This document shows positions 1 through 9,115 of a stretch of DNA of 49,770 bases, piece after piece. Within the stretch, counting starts at the first letter, position 1, and the number at the start of each line of letters is the position of its first letter. Source of the DNA: Arthrobacter sp. (GTDB taxonomy: Bacteria > Actinomycetota > Actinomycetes > Actinomycetales > Micrococcaceae); NCBI GenBank assembly GCA_030146405.1, contig JASLBS010000163.1, forward strand, positions 1 to 49,770. Reading direction: 5' to 3'. Under the pieces are notes generated by a model. The model was given only the letters and a program-made list of their open reading frames with translations, did no database searches and was not told the origin of the DNA. The position numbers were made by a program, and so were the translations under genes.

Positions 1-435
1 GAGCTTGCGTGCCACGTCGAGGCAGTTGTCGAAGTTGCCGTCCACCTGCAGGAGCTGCGCGCCGTGGGCGATCGCCTGGCTGAGCTTGCCCATGGAGATC
101 TTGCCGTCCGGCACGAGCACGGCGCAGGTGATGCCCGCCTGCGTCGCGTAGGCTGCCGCGGAGGCCGAGGTGTTGCCCGTGGACGCGCAGACCACGGCCT
201 TCGCCCCTGCGGCGACGGCAGCCGTCATGGCCATGGTCATGCCGCGATCCTTGAACGAGCCGGTGGGGTTCATGCCCTCGACCTTGAGGTAGACCGTGCT
301 CCCGGTCAGCTCGGACAGGTGGCGCGCATGGACCAGGGGGGTGCCTCCCTCACCGAGTGTGACCACCTCGGTGTCCTCGGTCACTGGCAGGCGTTCGGCG
401 TATTCGCGGATCACTCCGCGCCACTGGTGGGCCAC
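1..435 (-). CDS. thrC: Threonine synthase (5' part; runs off the window start)
   Basis: Manual translation from GTG at 435: [18 protein letters not shown]...LGEGGTPL...[15 protein letters not shown]...CASTGNTS (PLP-lysine motif). Abuts the hom stop. Not in the ORF track. Confidence 0.96.
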   Translation of the reverse strand, partial: MAHQWRGVIREYAERLPVTEDTEVVTLGEGGTPLVHARHLSELTGSTVYLKVEGMNPTGSFKDRGMTMAMTAAVAAGAKAVVCASTGNTSASAAAYATQAGITCAVLVPDGKISMGKLSQAIAHGAQLLQVDGNFDNCLDVARKL

Positions 436-1767
436 TTAGATTCCCTCTACTCGGAGAACGGATGAGACGGCGGTGATGACATCGAGTGCAGCGACCTGCT
501 CGACGGTCGCTGCGAGGGATGCCTCCGGTGCGCGGTGCGTGACGATGCGCAGCTCGGCCGTGGTGCCGCCGTCGGTCCCGCGCTGGTGGATCCGCTGCCG
601 CATGGTCTCGATAGACACACCGTTCTCGGCGAAGATCTGCGCTATCCGTGCCAGCACACCGGGCTGGTCCGCCACCTGCAGGGCGATGCAGTAACTGGTC
701 CGGACGGTGTCGATGCTCAGCGGCGGGACATGGCCAGTGGTGGTCTCCGTCCGGCCCGGACCACCGAGAACCATACGGCGTGCCGCGCTGATCACGTCCC
801 CGAGCACCGCCGACGCCGTGGGGGTACCACCGGCACCCTGGCCGTAGAACATCAGTTCGCCCGCGTTCTCGGCCTCGATGAACACGGCGTTGAACGCGCC
901 ACGCACGGCTGCGAGCGGGTGCGAGCGCGGCAGGAGGGTGGGGTGCACGCGCACGCCCACGCCCGCCTCCCCGGCGTCGTCGGTGAGCATCTCCGCGATC
1001 GCGAGGAGCTTGATCACGTAGCCGTCCTCCGTCGCGGCCGCGATGTCGTCCGCGGTGACACCCGTGATGCCATCGCAGTGGACGTTCTCGAGGGCGAAGC
1101 GCGTGTGGAAGGAGAGCGAGGCGAGGATCGCGGCCTTCGCCGCGGCGTCGTGCCCCTCGATGTCGGCCGTCGGGTCGGCCTCGGCGTACCCGAGATCCTG
1201 CGCGGCCTTGAGCGCGTCCGCGAAGGAAGCACCCGTGGAGTCCATCTGGTCGAGGATGTAGTTGGTGGTGCCGTTGACGATCCCCAGCACCCGCGTGATG
1301 CGGTCGCCGGAGAGACTGTCCCGGATGGGCCGCAGGATCGGGATGGCTCCGGCCACCGCGGCCTCGTAGGAGAGCTGCACACCCGCGGCGTCGGCCCGCT
1401 CGTAGAGTTCGGGGCCGTCCAGCGCGAGGAGCGCCTTGTTCCCGCTCACCACCGTTGCACCGTGCCCGATGGCGCGGAGGATCAGCGACTTGGCGGGCTC
1501 TATCCCGCCCATGAGCTCGATGACGATGTCAGCGTCCTCCACCAGCTTCCCGGCGTCCAGGGTGAGGAGGCCGGCGGGAAGATCGACGTCGCGCTCGGCG
1601 TCCAGGGTGCGGACCGCCACCCCAGTGAGTTCGAGGGGTGCACCGGCGCGACGGCCGAGGTTCTCGGCGTCCTCGAGGAGGATGCGGGCTACCTGGGAGC
1701 CGACGTTGCCGCAGCCGAGGAGGGCTACGCGCAGGGGGGTGACGGGTGGCGCTGCTGGTGAGTTCAT
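436..1767 (-). CDS. hom: Homoserine dehydrogenase with C-terminal ACT domain
   Basis: GCGNVG Rossmann motif, EAAVAGAIP, NGTTNYIL, GYAEADPT, ACT motif DQPGVLA; lies between lysA and thrC. Confidence 0.97.
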   Translation of the reverse strand: MNSPAAPPVTPLRVALLGCGNVGSQVARILLEDAENLGRRAGAPLELTGVAVRTLDAERDVDLPAGLLTLDAGKLVEDADIVIELMGGIEPAKSLILRAIGHGATVVSGNKALLALDGPELYERADAAGVQLSYEAAVAGAIPILRPIRDSLSGDRITRVLGIVNGTTNYILDQMDSTGASFADALKAAQDLGYAEADPTADIEGHDAAAKAAILASLSFHTRFALENVHCDGITGVTADDIAAATEDGYVIKLLAIAEMLTDDAGEAGVGVRVHPTLLPRSHPLAAVRGAFNAVFIEAENAGELMFYGQGAGGTPTASAVLGDVISAARRMVLGGPGRTETTTGHVPPLSIDTVRTSYCIALQVADQPGVLARIAQIFAENGVSIETMRQRIHQRGTDGGTTAELRIVTHRAPEASLAATVEQVAALDVITAVSSVLRVEGI

Positions 1768-3308
1768 GCTGTCCGGGGGGCTCCTGTATCCGTGGCGGGT
1801 GCTGCGGGTGCTCGCTGGACGTCCCTGCGGAACAGGTCCTCCTCGGTCTCGCCGCGCACGATCAACCGAGCGACGCCGTCGGCCACCGCCACGACGGGCG
1901 GGCGCGTCAGGTAGTTGTAGTTGCTCGCGAGCACCCAGCAGTAGGCGCCGGTGCCCGGAACAGCGAGGAGGTCACCGGCTCCGGTGTCCTCGGGGAGGTA
2001 GACGTCCCGCACAACAATGTCACCGCTCTCGCAGTGTTTTCCAACCACACGGGAGAGCAGCGGGTCCGCCGCGGGTGCCCGGGAGGCCAGGACGGCGGAG
2101 TAATCCGCGCCGTAGAGCACCGGGCGGGCGTTGTCGCTCATCCCACCGTCGACCGACACATAGCGTCGCGGATGCGTAACGGAGGTGTCCTGCACCACCT
2201 CGGAGCCGTTGGCAGCCGCGTCGACCCGGACGGTCTTCGTGGTGCCGGCGGTGTAGAGCGTGAACGTGGTGGGACCGGCGATCGCCCGTCCCGGCTCGAT
2301 CGAGATGCGGGGAACCTGCAGTCCCAGCTCCCGGCAGGTGGAGCCGACGACGCCGGCCATGGCGCGGGCGATCTCCGCGGCCGGGCGGGGCTCGTCCGCC
2401 TCGGTGTAGGCGATGCCGTAGCCCCCGCCGAGATCGAGTTCCGGCAGTTCGACGCCGTGCCGGTCGCGCACCGTGGCCAGGAAACCGAGCAGCCGGCGGG
2501 CAGCGAGCTCGAAGCCCTCGGGCTCGAAGATCTGCGACCCGATGTGGCAGTGCACGCCGAGGAGGTTGATCCCAGGGTGGGCCAGGGCGTCGGCCACCGC
2601 GCGCGCCGCCGGCGAGGAGACGTCGTCGTCCGCGGTATCACCGTCGGTGTCCGCGCGCTGGCCCGGCCCCTGCTCCGTGGTCAGCGACAGTCCGAATTTC
2701 TGGTCCTCGTGGGCCGTGGCGATGAACTCGTGCGTGTGCGCGTGCACACCAGGGGTGAGCCGCAGCATCACATTGGCTCGGCGGCCGCGTTCCACGGCGA
2801 GATCCCCGACGAGTGCCACCTCCTGCAGGCTGTCCACCACGATCCTGCCCAGATCGGCGTCGATGGCGCGCGTGATCTCGGCGGCCGACTTGTTGTTGCC
2901 GTGGAGTCCGATCCGGGATCCGGGCAGCCCGGCGCGCAGCGCGACCGCGAGCTCCCCACCGGAGCAGGTGTCCAGGCCGAGACCCTCCTCCCGCACCCAG
3001 TGAGCGACCTCGGTGCAGAGGAAGGACTTGCCCGCGTAGAACACGTCCACTCCCCCGCAGAGATCGGAGAACGCCTCGTTGAAGGCATCACGGAACATGG
3101 CCGCACGTGCGCGGAAATCGCGCTCGGACATCACGAACAGCGGAGTGCCGTACTGCTCCGCCAGTTCCTTCACGGAGACGCCGTCGACCTGCAGGACGCC
3201 GTCGGGCCCGCGGCCCACGTCCTCGGCCCACAGCTTCGCGTCCAGCTGCGCCTGGTCCGAGGGGACGGACAGCCAGCTCGGGGCCAGCGGGGAGGCTTCG
3301 ACCGTCAT
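1764..3308 (-). CDS. lysA: Diaminopimelate decarboxylase
   Basis: YAGKSF (PLP Lys), HCHIGSQ, DLGGG, EPGR, GKHCESGD, GAY motifs. Confidence 0.97.
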   Translation of the reverse strand: MTVEASPLAPSWLSVPSDQAQLDAKLWAEDVGRGPDGVLQVDGVSVKELAEQYGTPLFVMSERDFRARAAMFRDAFNEAFSDLCGGVDVFYAGKSFLCTEVAHWVREEGLGLDTCSGGELAVALRAGLPGSRIGLHGNNKSAAEITRAIDADLGRIVVDSLQEVALVGDLAVERGRRANVMLRLTPGVHAHTHEFIATAHEDQKFGLSLTTEQGPGQRADTDGDTADDDVSSPAARAVADALAHPGINLLGVHCHIGSQIFEPEGFELAARRLLGFLATVRDRHGVELPELDLGGGYGIAYTEADEPRPAAEIARAMAGVVGSTCRELGLQVPRISIEPGRAIAGPTTFTLYTAGTTKTVRVDAAANGSEVVQDTSVTHPRRYVSVDGGMSDNARPVLYGADYSAVLASRAPAADPLLSRVVGKHCESGDIVVRDVYLPEDTGAGDLLAVPGTGAYCWVLASNYNYLTRPPVVAVADGVARLIVRGETEEDLFRRDVQRAPAAPATDTGAPRTA

Positions 3309-3310
3309 GA

Positions 3311-4951
3311 CTACATCCTTTCGGGAGCGGAGACGCCGAGGAGGTCGAGGCCGTTGGCCAGGACCTGCTGCGTGGCGTTGTTGAGCCAGAGCCGGGACCG
3401 GTGCACATCCTCCACAGGGGTCTCCCCGAGGGGCGCCACCCGGCAGGCGTCGTACCAGCGGTGGTAGGTACCGGCGATGACCTCGAGGTGGCGGGCCACG
3501 CGGTGCGGTTCGCGGAAGGTGGCGGACTGCGCCACCACTCCCGGGAACTGCCCGAGGGCGGCCAGCAGCTCGCCCTCCGTGGGGTGATCGAGCGATGCGG
3601 CATCGAAGCCGGACGTGTCCACGCCGGCGGAGACGGCATTGCGGGCGACGGCGTGGGTACGGGCGTGTGCGTACTGCACGTAGAACACGGGGTTCTCGTT
3701 CGTGTTCTTCTTCAGGAGTTCCGGGTCGATCGCCATGGCGGAGTCCGCCGGGGAGCGTCCCAGCGAGTACCGCAGCGCGTCCTTCCCGAGCCAGTCCAGC
3801 AGGTCACGCAGCTCGATGATGTTGCCCGCGCGCTTGGAGAGCCGCGCGCCGTTCACGGACACCATCTGTCCGATGAGCACCTGGATGTTCTCGTCCATGT
3901 CGTCCCCCGCGCAGGCGGCGATGGCACGGAGACGCCCGATGTAGCCGTGGTGGTCGGCGCCGAGGAGGTAGATCTTCTCGGGGAAGCCGCGATCCTTCTT
4001 GGACAGGTAGTACGCAGCGTCCGAGGCGAAGTAGGTGGGCTCCCCGTTGCTGCGGATGAGCACGCGGTCCTTGTCGTCCCCGAAGTCCGTGGTCCGCAGC
4101 CACACCGCGCCGTCCTCGTCGAACACATGACCCTGCGCGCGCAGCCGCTCCACGGCCTGCTCCACGGCGCCACCGCTGTGGAGCGCGGACTCCGAGAAGA
4201 AGACGTCGAAGTGCACACCGAAGTCGGTCAGCGTCTCCTTGATATCGGCCATCTGCGCCTCGTAGGCGAGCTCCCGCACCACGGGCAACGCGTCCTCGTC
4301 CGGGAGGTCGACGACCTCCGGCCGGGCGGCGACGACGGCGTGTCCGAGGTCCGCGATGTACTCGCCGGGGTAACCGCCCTCAGGGGTGGGGCGTCCCTTG
4401 ATGGCCGCGAGTACCGAGGCGGCGAAGTTGTTCATCTGCGTACCGGCGTCGTTGATGTAGTACTCGGCGGTGACCTCGGCCCCGCTGGCCCGCAGGACGC
4501 GGGCGATGGAATCCCCGAGGGCCGCCCAGCGCGTGTGCGCCAGGTGCAGCGGACCCGTGGGGTTCGCCGAGACGAACTCCATGTTGATGCTGGACCCGGC
4601 GAGCGCATCGTTGGTGCCGTAGGCGGGACCGGCCTCCACGATGGTACGCGCCAGTTCTCCGGCGGCCCCTGCGTCGAGCGTGACGTTCAGGAAGCCGGGC
4701 CCGGCGATGTCCACGCTCTTGACGCCCTTGATCCCGGCGAGGCGCTCGCTGAGCCGCTGCGCGAACTCGCGCGGGTTCATCCCTGCCTTCTTACCGAGCT
4801 GCAGGGCGATGTTCGTGGCCCAGTCCCCGTGCTCCCGGTTCTTCGGTCGCTCCACGCGCACCTCCGCGGGGAGCTCGATGGAGAAGTCGCCGGCCTCGAC
4901 GGCGGCTTCCAGGCATGCGGAGATGGCGGCAGAGAGTTCTTCGGGAGTCAC
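3311..4951 (-). CDS. argS: Arginine--tRNA ligase
   Basis: EFVSANPTGPLHLAH (HIGH-like), GADHHGY, LSKRAG, YVQYAHAR; argS-lysA operon typical of Actinobacteria. Confidence 0.98.
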   Translation of the reverse strand: MTPEELSAAISACLEAAVEAGDFSIELPAEVRVERPKNREHGDWATNIALQLGKKAGMNPREFAQRLSERLAGIKGVKSVDIAGPGFLNVTLDAGAAGELARTIVEAGPAYGTNDALAGSSINMEFVSANPTGPLHLAHTRWAALGDSIARVLRASGAEVTAEYYINDAGTQMNNFAASVLAAIKGRPTPEGGYPGEYIADLGHAVVAARPEVVDLPDEDALPVVRELAYEAQMADIKETLTDFGVHFDVFFSESALHSGGAVEQAVERLRAQGHVFDEDGAVWLRTTDFGDDKDRVLIRSNGEPTYFASDAAYYLSKKDRGFPEKIYLLGADHHGYIGRLRAIAACAGDDMDENIQVLIGQMVSVNGARLSKRAGNIIELRDLLDWLGKDALRYSLGRSPADSAMAIDPELLKKNTNENPVFYVQYAHARTHAVARNAVSAGVDTSGFDAASLDHPTEGELLAALGQFPGVVAQSATFREPHRVARHLEVIAGTYHRWYDACRVAPLGETPVEDVHRSRLWLNNATQQVLANGLDLLGVSAPERM

Positions 4952-4957
4952 CCGTCA

Positions 4958-4963
4958 AGCATA
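4958..4963 (-). promoter_or_regulatory. -10 hexamer (TATGCT) of a probably leaderless argS transcript
   Basis: TANNNT 6 nt upstream of the GTG start; no SD. Confidence 0.6.
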
Positions 4964-5060
4964 GCGGCGCTACCCTCGGCCCCTTCCGTCCACGACGCAC
5001 CGGAGACCTCCGGTGTCCGGACACGCGCCGAATCCTCGAGCAGCAGTCCGCGGCGCAGGG

Positions 5061-5089
5061 GGAAACGAATAATGGTACGGAGCGTTGAA
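5061..5089 (+). promoter_or_regulatory. Putative SigH/SigR-type ECF promoter GGAAA-N18-GTTGAA
   Basis: GGAAA at 5061-5065 and GTTG at 5084-5087 with an 18-nt spacer; same geometry as the sigH promoter at 43033-43059. Confidence 0.5.
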
Positions 5090-5174
5090 ACAGTGACACG
5101 TCAGTGGCAGCTACAACCCTTCCTCGGCCCGGAGCCCTCCGGCCGGGCCTTCCGGCAACCATCAGGAGTTCCCC

Positions 5175-5702
5175 GTGACCACCTCAGGCCCGCTCCGGGC
5201 ATCCTCCTCCGCGCCGAGGCGCTTCCCCTTCGCAGCACCGGCCCTCACTGCCCTGGCCGTGGTGTCGATCCTCGGCACCGCGGGGTGCGCAGGAGCCGAC
5301 GCCGAGGCACCCGATGCGCAGACCACGCAAGGGGCGGCACCCGGGACCACCTCGCCGGACACGCCGGCGCCCGAGGCCGGTGGGGATGCAGCACCCGCGG
5401 GCCAGGCCTACCGGGACGGCACCTACACGCAGACGGGCACCTACCAGTCCCCTGCCGGGCCCGAGGACGTCGGGGTGACCATCACGCTGGAGTCCGATGC
5501 CGTCTCCGGCGTCGAGGTGGAGCCGATGCCCGACAACCCGACCACCACCGAGTACCAGGGGCGTTTCGCCGGCGGCATCTCGGAGGCCATCGTCGGGAAG
5601 AAACTCGATGACCTCTCCGTCGACAAGGTGGCCGGCTCGTCACTGACCAGCGGCGGTTTCAACGAGGCCGTGGGCAAGATCAAGAGCGAAGCCCAGCTGT
5701 AG
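5175..5702 (+). CDS. FMN-binding-domain lipoprotein (putative flavinylation target)
   Basis: Basic RR, hydrophobic stretch and TAGC lipobox; Ala/Pro linker; YRDGTY...GTYQSPAG; C-terminal DKVAGSSLTS, a variant of the Dxx[ST]GA[ST] flavinylation motif; adjacent to apbE. Confidence 0.85.
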   Translation: MTTSGPLRASSSAPRRFPFAAPALTALAVVSILGTAGCAGADAEAPDAQTTQGAAPGTTSPDTPAPEAGGDAAPAGQAYRDGTYTQTGTYQSPAGPEDVGVTITLESDAVSGVEVEPMPDNPTTTEYQGRFAGGISEAIVGKKLDDLSVDKVAGSSLTSGGFNEAVGKIKSEAQL

Positions 5703-5709
5703 CCTCCAG

Positions 5710-6567
5710 GTGGACTCCTTCAGCTTCGAGGCGATCGGAACGGGGTGGCGCGTGGACAGCGACGCGCCGCTGACGCCTGCCCTGCGTGCCGGGATGCTCC
5801 GCCTCGTCGAGGAGTACGACACCCTCTACTCCCGTTTCCGGCGGGATTCCGGGGTGACCCGCCTGGCGACCGACGGCGGTTTCCTCCCCCTGCCACCCCA
5901 CGGCGGAGAACTGGGCCGCCTCCTGCGCATCCTGTACGAACGGACGGACGGCGGCGTCTCCCCCCTGGTGGGCGACCGTCTCGCGGAGCAGGGGTACGAC
6001 GCCGACTACTCCCTGGTCCCCAGTGCACCGCCCTCGCCCGCGCTCCCCTGGGATCCTCGGCTCAGCTGGGACGACGACGGCATACGGCTGGAGCAACCCG
6101 CGATCCTCGACGTCGGGGCTGCGGGCAAGGGTCAGCTCGTGGACCTCGTGCTGGAGAGCCTGCTGGCCGCAGGGCACGGGAACGTCCTGGTGGACGCGGG
6201 AGGCGACATGCGTCGGGCTGGAACCGGCAGCATCACGGTCGCGCTCGAGCACCCGTACGATCCCACCTCGGCCGTGGGCACGGTGCAGCTCGGCTCCGGC
6301 GCCCTCTGTGCCTCTGCCGCCAACCGGCGGGTGTGGGGCGATGGCCTCCACCATGTGCTTGATGCCCGGACGGGCCGTACGGTGGACACCGTGGTGGCCA
6401 CGTGGGTGCTCGCCGCGGACGCGATGACCGCGGACGGGCTCTGCACCGCGCTCTTCCTCACCGATCCCGCAACCCTCGCCGCGGACTTCGCCTTCGACTA
6501 CGTCATCGTCCACTCGGACGGGCGCGCCCGGTACTCCACCCCACTCGCAGGAGCCCTCTTCACATGA
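5710..6567 (+). CDS. apbE: FAD:protein FMN transferase (ApbE family)
   Basis: AIGT, SRFRRDS, LDVGAAGKGQLVD, VDAGGD, HHVLDARTG, ADGLCTALF. Confidence 0.92.
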   Translation: MDSFSFEAIGTGWRVDSDAPLTPALRAGMLRLVEEYDTLYSRFRRDSGVTRLATDGGFLPLPPHGGELGRLLRILYERTDGGVSPLVGDRLAEQGYDADYSLVPSAPPSPALPWDPRLSWDDDGIRLEQPAILDVGAAGKGQLVDLVLESLLAAGHGNVLVDAGGDMRRAGTGSITVALEHPYDPTSAVGTVQLGSGALCASAANRRVWGDGLHHVLDARTGRTVDTVVATWVLAADAMTADGLCTALFLTDPATLAADFAFDYVIVHSDGRARYSTPLAGALFT

Positions 6568-8075
6568 CCGCCGCACTCGACCGCCTGCTGGGCAGGATCA
6601 CCATGTACCGGCTGACGCTCGGCCTCCTCCTGGTCCTGACGGTCGAGGCCCTCGTCCTCTCCCTGGCGGGCCTGCTCGCCTTCACCCCCGGCGAGATCGC
6701 GGGGACCCTGGCGGCGGCGGTGGGCGGCACGTTCATCGGCACCCGCCTCATGGCGCTGATCCTGCGGCTGCGTCCGCACGCCGATTCATCGCTCATCACG
6801 GGCCTGATCGTGTTCCTCATCATGTTCCCGTCGGACACCCCGGAAGGGCTCGGCGGCATCCTCGTGGCAGGCCTCGCGGCCGGTGCCTCCAAGTTCCTCC
6901 TCGCCGTCCGCGGGCGGCACATGGTCAACCCGGCCGCGGCTGGTGCCGTGGTGGCGACCCTGCTGGGAGTGGGCGTGGCGGGCTGGTGGGTGGCCAACGC
7001 CTATCTGCTGCCGGTGGTCCTGATCGGTACGGCCCTGATCCTCCACCGCACACGGAAGTTCTCCATGGCGGCGGTGTTCCTCGCGGTGAGCATCGGCATC
7101 CTGCTCTACGGCCTCGTACAGAACGGCATGCAGGTGGGGGACGGTCTCCGACTGATCCTGACGTCCTACCCCGTCCTGTTCCTGCTCGGCTTCATGCTGA
7201 CCGAGCCGCTCACCCTGCCTCCCCTGCGCCGGCAGCAGTGGCTGGTGGCTGCGATCGTGGCCACCGTGCTGGCACTGCAGCTGAGCGTGGGGCCCGTGTT
7301 CCTGGGGCCGGAGTTCGCCCTGGTGATCGGCAACCTCGCCGCCTTCCTCCTCGGCCAGCGGCGCGGGGTGCGGTTGTCCTTCGCCGGCTCCCGGCCCCTG
7401 ACGCCCACCAGCACGGAGCTGGTCTTCGAGCCGGATCATCCCGTGCGGTTCCGGGCGGGCCAGTACATGGAACTGAGCATGCCGCATGCGGAGGCGGACG
7501 GCCGCGGCAGCCGCAGGGTGTTCAGCATCACGTCCGCTCCACAGGATGCCGGCATCCTCTGCTTCGGGCTCCGCACGGCGGAGTCCGGCAGTTCGTTCAA
7601 GCGCACGCTCCTCGGCCTGCCCCGGGACGCGCGGATCACCGGGACCGTGGTGGGCGGGGACTTCACCCTGCCCCGGAATCCGTCCGTCCCCCTGCTCCTG
7701 GCCGCCGGCGGGATCGGCGTGACGCCGTTCATCAGTCAGCTCCGGGACCTGGCGGCCCGGGGCGAGGAGCGCGACGTCGTCCTGGTCTACGTGGTCCGCG
7801 ACGAGCAGGACATCGCGTACCGCGACGAGCTCGAGCAGCTCGGTGTCCGTGTGGTGCTGTTCCTGACGGCGGGGGGCGAACCACCCGCGCTTCCCGCACG
7901 CTGGGTTCCTGGCGGTACGGAGCCGACGGCAGCCCGGTTCCTGGAGACCGTCCCGGACCTCCCCGCGCGGCGTGTCCTGGTCTCCGGGTCGCCGTCGTTC
8001 ATCGGCCGGATCCGCGCCGAGATCCGCGCAGCCGGTGGCGCCCGGGTGCGTACCGACGCGTTCATCGGTTACTGA
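6564..8075 (+). CDS. RnfD/NqrB-like membrane domain fused to a ferredoxin-NAD(P)+ reductase-type FAD/NAD-binding domain
   Basis: ATGA overlap with the apbE stop; multi-TM N-half with HMVNPAA and FMLTEPLT (RnfD-like); C-half with AGQY, RRVFSITS, AGGIGVTP, SGSP. Confidence 0.85.
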   Translation: MTAALDRLLGRITMYRLTLGLLLVLTVEALVLSLAGLLAFTPGEIAGTLAAAVGGTFIGTRLMALILRLRPHADSSLITGLIVFLIMFPSDTPEGLGGILVAGLAAGASKFLLAVRGRHMVNPAAAGAVVATLLGVGVAGWWVANAYLLPVVLIGTALILHRTRKFSMAAVFLAVSIGILLYGLVQNGMQVGDGLRLILTSYPVLFLLGFMLTEPLTLPPLRRQQWLVAAIVATVLALQLSVGPVFLGPEFALVIGNLAAFLLGQRRGVRLSFAGSRPLTPTSTELVFEPDHPVRFRAGQYMELSMPHAEADGRGSRRVFSITSAPQDAGILCFGLRTAESGSSFKRTLLGLPRDARITGTVVGGDFTLPRNPSVPLLLAAGGIGVTPFISQLRDLAARGEERDVVLVYVVRDEQDIAYRDELEQLGVRVVLFLTAGGEPPALPARWVPGGTEPTAARFLETVPDLPARRVLVSGSPSFIGRIRAEIRAAGGARVRTDAFIGY

Positions 8076-8134
8076 TCGTCCCTCCGCCGGACGGCCGGTT
8101 CGGCCCTGACCGTTTTCCCGACCCATCCGCCACC

Positions 8135-8143
8135 TGCTAAGCT
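8135..8143 (+). promoter_or_regulatory. Extended -10 (TGcTAAGCT) for tRNA-Arg
   Basis: TGn-TANNNT about 40 nt upstream of the tRNA. Confidence 0.5.
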
Positions 8144-8181
8144 TCAGAGGTCCCATTCGGGTACGGGATATCCCGTGTTCC

Positions 8182-8254
8182 GCCTTCGTAGCTCAGGGGA
8201 TAGAGCGTCTGCCTCCGGAGCAGAAGGTCGTAGGTTCGAATCCTATCGAGGGCA
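8182..8254 (+). tRNA. tRNA-Arg(CCG), CCA not encoded
   Basis: GCCTTCG/CGAGGGC acceptor stem, TAGCTCAGGGGATAGAGC D-arm, TCTGC-CT-CCG-GA-GCAGA anticodon arm, GGTTCGAATCC T-loop. Confidence 0.97.
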
Positions 8255-8274
8255 CCCTGACTCGCGCAGAGTCC

Positions 8275-8313
8275 ACCGCCGTCGGCCATCAGGCCGGCGG
8301 CGGTTCTGCTTTT
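8275..8313 (+). terminator. Intrinsic terminator after the tRNA
   Basis: ACCGCCGTCGGCC-ATCA-GGCCGGCGGCGGT hairpin followed by TCTGCTTTT. Confidence 0.7.
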
Positions 8314-8374
8314 GGTAGGCTCCACAGGACGCGGCCCCGCGAGGGGTCCGCCGGCAGCTACCGACGGGGGAATC

Positions 8375-9115
8375 GTGGCGACGGATCGTACGCGGCACCA
8401 CCGGAATCGGGCCCGCGCCGTCCCGGCCCTGCTCACACTCGTACTCCTTCTCGTGATCCTCGCCGCCGGTTCGACCGGTGAGTTCACGGCAGACCCCGTG
8501 CTCGACCCACCGGTGCAGACCGATGCGCAGCCCGCGCCCGTCCCCTCGGCCACGGGGACGGAGCTGACTGCGGACGACGACGAGCCGTCGGAGAGGCCCG
8601 CTGATCTGCTCGCCGCCGTGTTGGTGGTCCTGCTCGCGGGTGCCCTCGCTCTCCTGGTGCGGTATCTCCTCCGGATCCGGCGTGGCCTCCCCTTCCAGCA
8701 CGCGGGCGCTGATGCCGCAGGCAGTCAGGGAGCAGGCACGGTCCAGCACGACGTCGACCGGCTACGCACCTGGACCGAGGAGAGCCGAACTGCACTCCAC
8801 ACCCCGCAGGAGACCTCGGACATCGTGATCCGATGTTGGCTCGATTTCGAAGCCCGGTGCGCGGAGGCCGGCGCGGGACGGCGGCCCACCGAGACGACGT
8901 CGGACTTCGCGGCAGCGGCCTCGTCCTCGCTCGGCCTGCCGCCGCGACCACTCGCCGCATTGAACCGCCTGTACCAGCGGACGAGGTTCGCCGGGTCCTC
9001 GGGGGCACCGCTGACGACGGCGGACCGGGACCTCGCGGTGGCGAGCATCGAGGAACTCGCGGACGCGCTCTCCTCCCGCACCCCGCTCGATGAAGCGGAC
9101 GGCAGGCGGCGGTGA
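8375..9115 (+). CDS. DUF4129-like membrane protein
   Basis: Two TM segments; C-terminal IVIRCWLDFE...RRPTETTSDF...LNRLYQRTRF typical of DUF4129. The GTG start at 8375 is my choice; the ORF is open from 8312. Confidence 0.7.
   Translation: MATDRTRHHRNRARAVPALLTLVLLLVILAAGSTGEFTADPVLDPPVQTDAQPAPVPSATGTELTADDDEPSERPADLLAAVLVVLLAGALALLVRYLLRIRRGLPFQHAGADAAGSQGAGTVQHDVDRLRTWTEESRTALHTPQETSDIVIRCWLDFEARCAEAGAGRRPTETTSDFAAAASSSLGLPPRPLAALNRLYQRTRFAGSSGAPLTTADRDLAVASIEELADALSSRTPLDEADGRRR

Noticed and set aside
2170..2690. Acidic insertions in LysA
   Set aside because: Short in-frame loop expansions; no intein or domain motifs
535..5611. Long antisense or alternate-frame ORFs (for example 535-1761, 1746-3467, 3401-5611; likewise 12593-14980, 30120-32267, 38938-40638)
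   Set aside because: Stop-poor shadows of high-GC genes with no recognisable motifs
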